Source: Eubacterium sp.
Lineage (GTDB): Bacteria; Bacillota; Clostridia; Oscillospirales; Acutalibacteraceae
Reading direction: 5' to 3'
NCBI GenBank assembly: GCA_051881135.1
Contig: JBJEPH010000108.1
Span: 59,728-123,727 of the forward strand
Length of the DNA stretch: 64,000 nucleotides
Both the position numbers and the translations under genes were made by a program. Of this stretch, positions 28,860-36,057 are shown piece by piece. Numbering within the stretch: position 1 is the stretch's first letter; each line of letters starts with the position of its first letter. A model generated the notes under the pieces. It was given only the letters and a program-made list of their open reading frames with translations. It made no database searches and was not told the DNA's origin.

Positions 28860-30269
28860 TTATAGCTTTTCTCCGCATTCAGGGCAGAATTTTGCTCCGT
28901 TAACTTCTGTGCCGCATTTTGAGCATATGCTTGAAAGTCTGAAACCGCATTCGGGACAGAATTTACCTTTTACGATGCTCTGTTTGCAATTCGGACAAAC
29001 AATTTTATTACTCAAATTTTCAATTTTTGTTCCGCATTCAAAACAGAATTTCGCATTATTAGGTACAACGGCACCGCAATTGTGACAGGTTACTGATGTG
29101 TTCTCATTATTGCTTGAGTTATCTGTATTTGAGTTATTTGCAAAATTGCTAAACATTCCGCTTAACTGACCACTCATAGCATTTGCAGCAGCCATGCCTA
29201 CACCGAGCCCCATTATATCGGACATCGGACTACTGCCACCGCCTCCAGAGCCGCCTGAACCCATATTGCCCAAACCCTTTGCAAATTCTTTTTGAACATC
29301 AGCTTGAATTATATCCTTTTCAGTATATCCCTTAGCTTTCATAACCTCCGCTTCAGCAAAGCCTTCAATTTTTGTTGAAGCAGCAGAGCCTTGGGATTCA
29401 ATTACCTGTCGTTCGGCCTTCCTTTTTGCAACCTCTGTTTGAGTTGTTTGCTTTTGGAGTTCTATTTCTCTTTCAGCGGCAGTAATTTCGGCCTTTGCTT
29501 TTGCTTGGGCAGACCGTACAGTCGCTTCTGCTTCTGCAATTTTTGTCTGAAATGATATTGTATGTAATTCACGGATTTTTTTAAAGTTTGGGTCCTCTTC
29601 GGGTAATACTACGGTTGTAATATAAAATTGAGGAATTGTCAGTCCGTATTCTTCAAAGCCTGAAATAATATTATTTTTTAATGCTGAAGACAGAATGTCA
29701 AGGTGGCTATCTATTTCAAGAATATCAATGTTTTCTGCAACAATTGTTTTTGATAGGTTTACCTTTACAGATGTAGATATAATTGGCTTGAAAGAGGCTT
29801 TAAGAGATTGTGTAAATTTGTTTCCTTCTTCATTCCATGCAATACCATTCATCGTTCCGACTAATTTAATTAGAAGCTTACGCGAATCTGACACTTGCAA
29901 ATTCAATTCTCCGCATGCACCTATTTCAAGCGGAACCCCTGTCAAGGGATCAATAAATCTAACTTTTGAATCCGTTCCCCATTTTAATCCCATTTGTACA
30001 GTTTTGTTAATAAAATACACTTCACAATGAAATGGTGATGTTCCCCCCGTCGTCGAATTTATGCTTTTCCCTATAAGAGGAATATTTTCAGTTTCAAGAG
30101 TATAACGACCCGGTCCGAACAAATCGAGTGCCTGTCCATTCATCATAAAAATTGCTTCCTGTGATTCGTGAACAATAAGTTGAGTTGAAGTATTGAAATC
30201 TTCACTTGGATGTTTCCATATAAATGTATTGTTGTCGCCTTCGTATTTAATTAAATCGGTAATTTTCAT
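28860..30269 (-). CDS. SPFH/Band-7 domain protein (COG4260, YdjI-like) with a coiled coil, Gly-rich linker and four C-terminal zinc ribbons
   Basis: I chose the start at MKITDLIKYEGDNNTFIWKHPSEDFN, 8 nt after an AAGGAG RBS. The ORF-track start at 30326 has no RBS. The protein has an SPFH core, the Ala/Glu/Lys coiled coil AEAEATVRSAQAKAKAEITAAEREIELQKQ, the linker GSGGSGGGGSS, then CHNCG..CFECG, CPNC..CPECG, CSKCG..CPECG. There is no TM segment. Confidence 0.88.
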   Translation of the reverse strand: MKITDLIKYEGDNNTFIWKHPSEDFNTSTQLIVHESQEAIFMMNGQALDLFGPGRYTLETENIPLIGKSINSTTGGTSPFHCEVYFINKTVQMGLKWGTDSKVRFIDPLTGVPLEIGACGELNLQVSDSRKLLIKLVGTMNGIAWNEEGNKFTQSLKASFKPIISTSVKVNLSKTIVAENIDILEIDSHLDILSSALKNNIISGFEEYGLTIPQFYITTVVLPEEDPNFKKIRELHTISFQTKIAEAEATVRSAQAKAKAEITAAEREIELQKQTTQTEVAKRKAERQVIESQGSAASTKIEGFAEAEVMKAKGYTEKDIIQADVQKEFAKGLGNMGSGGSGGGGSSPMSDIMGLGVGMAAANAMSGQLSGMFSNFANNSNTDNSSNNENTSVTCHNCGAVVPNNAKFCFECGTKIENLSNKIVCPNCKQSIVKGKFCPECGFRLSSICSKCGTEVNGAKFCPECGEKL

Positions 30270-30313
30270 TAGTTGATATTCTCCTTTTATACAAATTAAC
30301 CAATCGTAATTAC

Positions 30314-30342
30314 ATATTACAACCATTTACTCGTTTTGTCAA
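30314..30342 (-). promoter_or_regulatory. Sigma-A type promoter of the SPFH gene
   Basis: On the minus strand: TTGACA, a 17-nt spacer, then TAATAT. The -10 ends 44 nt upstream of ATG 30269. Confidence 0.55.
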
Positions 30343-30355
30343 CGATATTATCGTT
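30341..30355. promoter_or_regulatory. Perfect 7-1-7 palindrome, candidate operator for the adjacent XRE regulator
   Basis: AACGATA-T-TATCGTT. It abuts and overlaps TTGTCAA, which reads as a -35 hexamer on both strands (TTGTCA on plus, TTGACA on minus). Confidence 0.45.
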
Positions 30356-30407
30356 TTTATTACAGTTTGTTAGTTTTATCCTTTAAAATGGCAGAGAGGT
30401 GATTTAA

Positions 30408-30749
30408 TTGAACTTTAGTGATAAATTACGCTGCCTTATTGAAGAACGAGGTTTAACACAGAAGCGTGTTGCTAATGACTTAAATATTGCCCCCTCAACT
30501 ATGGGTGGATATGTTCAGGGAAGCAGTGAACCGGATTTTGAAACCTTGAAGAGACTCGCATATTATTTTGATGTTTCAACTGATTATCTTTTAAATGTTA
30601 AATCAAGTAATTGTAACAGCTTTTCTGAGGATGAATTGTTGCGTGTTTTCCGCTCTATGACATCTGAGCAGCAAAAATTATATATTGAGCAAGGTAAGGT
30701 GTTTGTCCGCGCAAATGCTTCTAACATAGAAAATAAAAAATCATCTTAA
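30408..30749 (+). CDS. XRE-family helix-turn-helix transcriptional regulator
   Basis: 113 aa. The TTG start lies 5 nt after a GAGAGGTGA RBS. The HTH_3 motif is LRCLIEERGLTQKRVANDLNIAPSTMGGYVQGSSEPDFETLKRLAYYFDVSTDYLL. Confidence 0.85.
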   Translation: MNFSDKLRCLIEERGLTQKRVANDLNIAPSTMGGYVQGSSEPDFETLKRLAYYFDVSTDYLLNVKSSNCNSFSEDELLRVFRSMTSEQQKLYIEQGKVFVRANASNIENKKSS

Positions 30750-30790
30750 CAGATTTTAATAAGCATTAATATAATTTAACCATTAAAGTA

Positions 30791-30830
30791 AAAATGAAAG
30801 CGTCTCTCAAACGAGAAGCGCTTTCATTTT
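30791..30830. terminator. Bidirectional terminator between the XRE gene and sigK
   Basis: AAAATGAAAGCG...CGCTTTCATTTT hairpin with an inner TCTC/GAGA extension. A/T runs are present on both sides. Confidence 0.65.
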
Positions 30831-30867
30831 ATAATTAATTTGAGCTGTTATATTAATACATTATATG

Positions 30868-31551
30868 TTATGTTAGCTGTTTTCTTATATCGGCTAAAAC
30901 CTTTTTCTCTATGCGAGAAACATACGAACGGCTTATGTTCAGCCTGTCTGCCACTTCCCTTTGGGTGAGTGGCTTTTTGTTATCGAGTCCGTATCTAAGT
31001 ATTATTATTTCTTTCTCTCTGTCGTCGGGCATATCGTCAATAATTGCCTTGACCTGCTCCCAGCTTGTTTTGATTTCCAGCTCCTCTGCTATATCTCTTT
31101 CGTCGCTTACGATATCCTCTATTGTAAGCGGATTTCCGTCCTTATCCGTATCTATGGCATCGCCTAAAAAGACCTCGGAATTTTGTTTTTTAAGTCCTCT
31201 GAAATACATCAGTATTTCGTTTTCCACGCATCTTGCGGCATAGGTTGAAAGACGGGTGCCCTTGCTGTAATCAAACGAATCAACGGCCTTAATAAGACCT
31301 ATTGTGCCTATTGAGATGAGGTCATCCGAGTCGTTGGTTTTTGAATAATATTTTTTTACAATATGACTGACAAGACGCAGATTTCTTTCTATCAATACCC
31401 CACGGGCATTCTCGTCGCCGTTTGCCATTTTCTCGATATATTCCTTTTCCTCTTTTTTTGAAAGAGGCTTTGGAAAGCCCGAGCCGTTTTGGATATGAAG
31501 AATGAACAAAAGCAGGTTTGCGCCTATTGCGCTAAGCAGTGTCGAAAACAT
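30868..31551 (-). CDS. sigK: Sporulation sigma factor K precursor (pro-sigma-K), uninterrupted
   Basis: 227 aa. It has a hydrophobic pro-sequence, MFSTLLSAIGANLLLFILHIQNGSGFPKPLS. This is followed by KKEEKEYIEKMANGDENARGVLIERNLRLVSHIVKKY...DLISIGTIGLIKAVDSF...KGTRLSTYAARCVENEILMYFR. The gene is stand-alone, with no spoIIGA or sigG nearby, which favours SigK over SigE. Confidence 0.85.
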   Translation of the reverse strand: MFSTLLSAIGANLLLFILHIQNGSGFPKPLSKKEEKEYIEKMANGDENARGVLIERNLRLVSHIVKKYYSKTNDSDDLISIGTIGLIKAVDSFDYSKGTRLSTYAARCVENEILMYFRGLKKQNSEVFLGDAIDTDKDGNPLTIEDIVSDERDIAEELEIKTSWEQVKAIIDDMPDDREKEIIILRYGLDNKKPLTQREVADRLNISRSYVSRIEKKVLADIRKQLT

Positions 31552-31651
31552 AAAATCTCTCCTAAAATCATCTTTGTAAATGGTATGAAGCAGGTTGCTC
31601 GGTTATTCATTATCAATAAAAAACAAATAGTAATTTTGGGAGGTTGGACAG

Positions 31652-31680
31652 TTGATACAAAATTGCTGTTTTGGTATAAT
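31652..31680 (+). promoter_or_regulatory. Sigma-A type promoter of the GH43 gene
   Basis: TTGATA, a 17-nt spacer, then TATAAT. The -10 ends 31 nt before ATG 31712. Confidence 0.6.
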
Positions 31681-31711
31681 ATAACAAATAACAAATAAAA
31701 GGATAGAGAGA

Positions 31712-34498
31712 ATGAAAAATATGAAAAAGATATTTGCTCTGCTTATGGGAATTATTATTTGCATAACCGTAACGGCGCCCTTATCAGCGTCTGCGCAGGT
31801 AATAAATCCGATAGTTGAATACACCTTTGAAAATGACACAACGGCAAGAATTTCAAACACTGCCACGGGCGGAAGCTCGGATAATTATGCCACATTAAAG
31901 GCTAACGCAAAAATAGTGAACGACTCGGCAAGAGGCAGGGTTTTATATCTTGACGGAACAAACGGCACATATATGGAGCTGAAGCAGGGCCTGTTCGACG
32001 GCAGAGATGAAATGACAATTACAATGGATGTAAAATCTATGCTTGACGACGGTAATTTCTTCACCTTTGCATACGGTGCAGACAACACCAAATATGCCTT
32101 TTTGAGAGTACGCGGATATGAAACCTGCTTTATTGTTTCAAGAAACGGCAATGCAGACGAAAACTATGCAGGCGGATTGAAGGCAAGAACGGGAAAATGG
32201 CACACAATTACAACGGTTATAAGCAACGGCGCAACATATCTTTATGTCAACGGTGTAAAAATTGCCGACGGAATGAGAAATGACGCAGGAATAACCACAA
32301 CAGAGCTTGGCGAAAACCTAAAGGGATATATAGGAAAATCCTTTTATGACGGAGATTTATATTTTAAAGGCTACTATGACAACATAAGGATTTACGACAG
32401 GGCATTAAGCGACAGCGAGGTAACGGAAAGTGTTGCTGACAGAGCTCCTTTAATCAGCTCTGCAATTATCGGCACAACGGTTGACAAGAGCAGCAAGGGT
32501 ACGGATAATCACACCTCGGCAGGTGCGATAATTGATAATGAGGCATTAACCATAACGCCCTATGTTAAGCCTGCTGCCGACCTAAAATCGCTTCCTATGA
32601 CTATTAGCTGTATAAGCGATGCCTGCACGATAAAGGTTAACGGTGCAGATTTTAAAAACGGCTCAAATATTGATTTAACATCCGACAAAAAGCTTTCCGT
32701 AACCTACAAAGACAGAACGCAAGCATACACGATAAAGGCGGCGCAGGTGGCTTATAATCCTGCACTTCCCGGACAGTATGCCGACCCCGATATAGATTAT
32801 TTTGACGGAAAATACTGGATGTTTCCCACCACGGACGGCTACGATTGGTGGTCGGGCACTCAATTCCACGCATTTTCATCAAATGATTTGCAGACCTGGA
32901 CGGACGAGGGCGTTGTTTTGGATGTTGCCGACAAGGAGCCGGGATTAAACGCAAAGGGCGTTCAAATTGCTTCGTGTCCTTGGTCCAACGTCAACGCTTG
33001 GGCGCCCTCAATAGAAGCGAAAAACGGAAAATACTATTTATATTTCTGTGCAAACTATGTTAAAACAAACCGTATGGCAATCGGCGTTGCAGTTGCTGAT
33101 AATCCGGCAGGTCCCTACACGGTTAAGGAAACCCCTTTGATTTCCGACGATACACCCGTTGATGCGAACACTCCTTTATATGCCAACGGCGACACTAAAA
33201 ACGAAATTGACGCAACCTTTAGGGGACAAACCATAGATCCGTCCATCTTCACGGAGGATGACGGCACATCGTATATTCTTTTCGGCAACGGCACACCTGC
33301 TATGCTTAAGCTTAACGAGGATATGATGAGCGTTGATGTTAACAGCTATGCAAGAGTTAATCAGGGCTACGGTCTTCCTAATTTCTGCGAATCGGTATAT
33401 TGTGTTAAGCGAAACGGAATTTATCACTTTACCTGGAGCTGCTTCGGAACGGATGATGAGAGATATTCTGTGGGCTACGGCACGGCAACATCTTTGAAGG
33501 GCAGAGTTACATACCGATATACGCTGATGAAGGAAAACGAAGACATCGGAGCGTTATGTACTGCGCATCAATCCATTGTTTACCGTAAGGATATAGACAA
33601 ATGCTACATTGCATACCATAGATTTTATACCCCTTTGGGAATTTATACCGACCAATACGGAAAGCACAGAGAAGCCTGTGTTGACGAAATAAAGTTTGAC
33701 TCCAACGGATTAATGAAGAAAACAACGCCTACGATGATAGGCATTACGAAGCCTGCCTCCGACTTGGTTGTTACGCTTTCGGCAACCTCATATACCTATA
33801 ACGGTACAGCAAAAAAGCCGACGGTAACAGTTAAGGAAAAGAACGGAAGCGTTATTCCTAAAACAAGCTACACGGTCAGCTATGCAAACAATGTATCGGC
33901 AGGTACGGCAAGCGTAACGGTTAAGGTAAACTGCAAATATTCCGGAACTGTCACAAAAAAATTCACGATAAAGCCAAAGGATGCAACAGGCTTCAATTGC
34001 ACATTATCAAGCACCTCTTACACCTATAACGGAAGCTTGAAAAAGCCTACCGTTACGGTTAAAAGCGCTAACGGTGTAAAGCTAAGCACGTCAAATTATA
34101 CCGTAACATACTCTAATAATAAGTATGTCGGCAAAGCAACGGCAACCGTAAAATTCAAGGGCAATTATACAGGCACGATAAAGAAGACCTTTACCGTTAA
34201 GCCTAAGGGAACAAGCATTGCCTCCCTTTCTGCCGGAAGCAAAAGGTTTACTGTAAAATGGAAAAAGCAGTCAACCCAAACAACAGGATATCAAATTCAG
34301 TATTCCACAAGCAGTAAATTCTCCTCAAATACCACCAAAACCGTAAACATATCAAAAAACAGCACCACATCAAAAACCGTTTCCAAGCTAAAGGCAAAGA
34401 AAAAATATTATGTAAGAATAAGAACCTATAAGACCGTAAACGGAACAAAATATTATTCGGCGTGGAGCGGATATAAGTCGGTTACAACAAAAAAATAA
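31712..34498 (+). CDS. Secreted glycoside hydrolase family 43 enzyme with an N-terminal LamG/ConA-like domain, two Ig-like repeats and a C-terminal FN3 domain
   Basis: 928 aa. The signal peptide ends ...PLSASAQV. The LamG region is LYLDGTNGTYMEL...GKWHTITTV...YIGKSFYDGDLYFKGYYDNIRIYDRALS. The GH43 core is NPALPGQYADPDIDYFDGKYWMFPTTDG...NAWAPSIEAKNGKYYLYF...TIDPSIFTEDDGTSYILFGNG. Two repeats of about 75 aa have the form TSYTYNG..KKPTVTVK. The FN3 tail is GYQIQYSTSSKFSS...KKYYVRIRTYK. Confidence 0.9.
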   Translation: MKNMKKIFALLMGIIICITVTAPLSASAQVINPIVEYTFENDTTARISNTATGGSSDNYATLKANAKIVNDSARGRVLYLDGTNGTYMELKQGLFDGRDEMTITMDVKSMLDDGNFFTFAYGADNTKYAFLRVRGYETCFIVSRNGNADENYAGGLKARTGKWHTITTVISNGATYLYVNGVKIADGMRNDAGITTTELGENLKGYIGKSFYDGDLYFKGYYDNIRIYDRALSDSEVTESVADRAPLISSAIIGTTVDKSSKGTDNHTSAGAIIDNEALTITPYVKPAADLKSLPMTISCISDACTIKVNGADFKNGSNIDLTSDKKLSVTYKDRTQAYTIKAAQVAYNPALPGQYADPDIDYFDGKYWMFPTTDGYDWWSGTQFHAFSSNDLQTWTDEGVVLDVADKEPGLNAKGVQIASCPWSNVNAWAPSIEAKNGKYYLYFCANYVKTNRMAIGVAVADNPAGPYTVKETPLISDDTPVDANTPLYANGDTKNEIDATFRGQTIDPSIFTEDDGTSYILFGNGTPAMLKLNEDMMSVDVNSYARVNQGYGLPNFCESVYCVKRNGIYHFTWSCFGTDDERYSVGYGTATSLKGRVTYRYTLMKENEDIGALCTAHQSIVYRKDIDKCYIAYHRFYTPLGIYTDQYGKHREACVDEIKFDSNGLMKKTTPTMIGITKPASDLVVTLSATSYTYNGTAKKPTVTVKEKNGSVIPKTSYTVSYANNVSAGTASVTVKVNCKYSGTVTKKFTIKPKDATGFNCTLSSTSYTYNGSLKKPTVTVKSANGVKLSTSNYTVTYSNNKYVGKATATVKFKGNYTGTIKKTFTVKPKGTSIASLSAGSKRFTVKWKKQSTQTTGYQIQYSTSSKFSSNTTKTVNISKNSTTSKTVSKLKAKKKYYVRIRTYKTVNGTKYYSAWSGYKSVTTKK

Positions 34499-34509
34499 AT
34501 ATACAAATA

Positions 34510-34539
34510 AAAAATGCCTGCGCTTTGCAGGCATTTTTT
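34510..34539. terminator. Bidirectional intrinsic terminator between GH43 and bioY
   Basis: AAAAATGCCTGC-GCTTT-GCAGGCATTTTTT. Confidence 0.75.
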
Positions 34540-34553
34540 ACATCAGGAATTCA

Positions 34554-35111
34554 TTATTTTACATGCTTTTTCAATCTGTTAACAAGAACGGACGCTACTG
34601 CTATCTTAACAGCGTCGGGTATCAAATACGGGAATACGCAGAGGGTTAAAACATTAAGCACGGTTTTGGGGCTATCGCTGTTTACAAACGCGATATAAAA
34701 CCAGCACGTACCGAATGCATAGCAAACCAAAATTCCGACAACCATAGCAAGAATAACAGACCATAGCTTGCCCTTAACCCTGTCGCTTACAATTCCGACA
34801 ATAAGCGCAGTAAACAAAAAGCCTACGATATATCCGCCTGTGGGGCCGCCGAGAACGCCGATACCTGCCTTAAAGCCGGAAAAAACTGGCACTCCTATTG
34901 CACCGAGCAAAATATATACAACAACGGATAATGTTCCCCTTTTCCATCCAAAAAGACCTGCAACAATGCACACAGCCATTGTCTGAAGTGTGATAGGGAT
35001 GCTTCCAACTGGAATTGATATCCACGAGCAAACTGCGATAATTGCCGCCGACATTCCTATGTAGATTAAATCAATAAGCTTAAAGCCGCTTTTCTTTTTT
35101 GTGTTTTCCAT
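34554..35111 (-). CDS. bioY: Biotin transporter BioY (ECF S component)
   Basis: 185 aa with 6 TM. Contains PITLQTMAVCIVAGLFGWKRGTLSVVVYILLGAIGVPVFSG...GGPTGGYIVGF, the characteristic BioY motifs. Confidence 0.9.
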   Translation of the reverse strand: MENTKKKSGFKLIDLIYIGMSAAIIAVCSWISIPVGSIPITLQTMAVCIVAGLFGWKRGTLSVVVYILLGAIGVPVFSGFKAGIGVLGGPTGGYIVGFLFTALIVGIVSDRVKGKLWSVILAMVVGILVCYAFGTCWFYIAFVNSDSPKTVLNVLTLCVFPYLIPDAVKIAVASVLVNRLKKHVK

Positions 35112-35136
35112 AACGAGCTCCTTTCATATCGCTGAT

Positions 35137-35165
35137 AATATATCACATCTAAACGGTATTGTCAA
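35137..35165 (-). promoter_or_regulatory. Sigma-A type promoter of bioY
   Basis: On the minus strand: TTGACA, a 17-nt spacer, then TATATT. The -10 ends 25 nt upstream of ATG 35111, with an AAAGGAG RBS. Confidence 0.55.
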
Positions 35166-35190
35166 CCTATTTTTTGTCATTAGTTTACAA
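35159..35190. promoter_or_regulatory. Candidate BirA operator (inverted repeat TTGTCAAC-N16-GTTTACAA) overlapping the bioY -35
   Basis: The half-sites are TTGTCAAC (35159-35166) and GTTTACAA (35183-35190), with one mismatch between the arms. A further copy, TTGACAATA, lies at 35198-35206. The layout matches my recollection of Firmicute BirA boxes (TGTnAAC-N14-16-GTTnACA). Confidence 0.4.
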
Positions 35191-35232
35191 TTATGATTTG
35201 ACAATACAAATAATAAATGCTAATATGAAATT

Positions 35233-36036
35233 ATGGAAGATTTAGTTGAAAAATTAGGCTTTGACAGAGAGCTTGCAGGCTCGCTTGAAGCATTAACCGA
35301 AAAGAAAAAGAGCCAAATTTGCAGGCTTTCCGAAAAATGCAGGAGCAGTGGCTTTAAGGCATTAAAAAAGGAAAGCGATCTAATGAAGCTTGCAGTATGT
35401 CTGGATTATGCCAAATACACAAGAGAGCTGTACAAGGAGCGTAACATTGACGACGAAATATTTTACGACACGCTTGGCGACATTGTGATTTGGTGCGAAA
35501 ACAACGGCAACAGGGGCTTAAAAAATATTATGTGGATAAAAAACCACCTTAATGCCGAATTGTTTAGAATAGGCCGACTGCAATTTCAGCTCTTTACAAA
35601 TACATATATGCTGTTGAATTACAGCAAGCTTCCCTTTAATTACGGGGATAAAATGATATTTATACATATCCCGCAGGGCGAGAAGCTGATTTATGAGGAT
35701 TGTGTTAAATCAATTGCTATGGCAAAGGAATTTTTCGCAAAGCATTTCCCCGAATATGAATACAAATTCTTTTTCTGCGAAAGCTGGCTTTTATTTGAGG
35801 ACAACAAGCGCTTTATGAAGCCGTCAAGCAATATTTTGCAATTTCAAACACTATTTGAAATTATATCAAGCATAAAAATTGAACAACAGGCAATAGAAAG
35901 AATATTCGGCAAGCGACACATAATAAAAGCCCGATATCCCGAAAAAACCTCGCTTCAGAAAAGCGCTAAGGAATATCTAAGAAAAGGCAATAAAATGGGC
36001 ATCGGAATAGGAATAATCAATAAAGATTATATATAA
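35233..36036 (+). CDS. Uncharacterised protein, probably of the N-acyltransferase N-terminal / GNAT-like C-terminal domain family
   Basis: 267 aa. Contains ...FRIGRLQFQLF...MIFIHIPQGEKL...FFCESWLL. The call rests on motif recollection only. Confidence 0.5.
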   Translation: MEDLVEKLGFDRELAGSLEALTEKKKSQICRLSEKCRSSGFKALKKESDLMKLAVCLDYAKYTRELYKERNIDDEIFYDTLGDIVIWCENNGNRGLKNIMWIKNHLNAELFRIGRLQFQLFTNTYMLLNYSKLPFNYGDKMIFIHIPQGEKLIYEDCVKSIAMAKEFFAKHFPEYEYKFFFCESWLLFEDNKRFMKPSSNILQFQTLFEIISSIKIEQQAIERIFGKRHIIKARYPEKTSLQKSAKEYLRKGNKMGIGIGIINKDYI

Positions 36037-36057
36037 AACAAAAAAGGAGAAATCATT

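Noticed and set aside
28863-29093. Repeated motif of about 20 nt (CCGCATTCRGGRCAGAATTT-like) that at first glance looks like a short repeat array
   Set aside because: It is not a CRISPR or intergenic repeat. The copies are in frame inside a CDS and encode the repeated KFCPECG zinc-ribbon knuckles. The spacing is irregular, and there are no cas genes.
31603-31866. 87-aa minus-strand hydrophobic ORF spanning the GH43 promoter and signal-peptide region
   Set aside because: It overlaps a consensus promoter and the 5' end of a well-supported GH43 gene on the opposite strand. It has no RBS, and its sequence reflects the antisense of a signal peptide.
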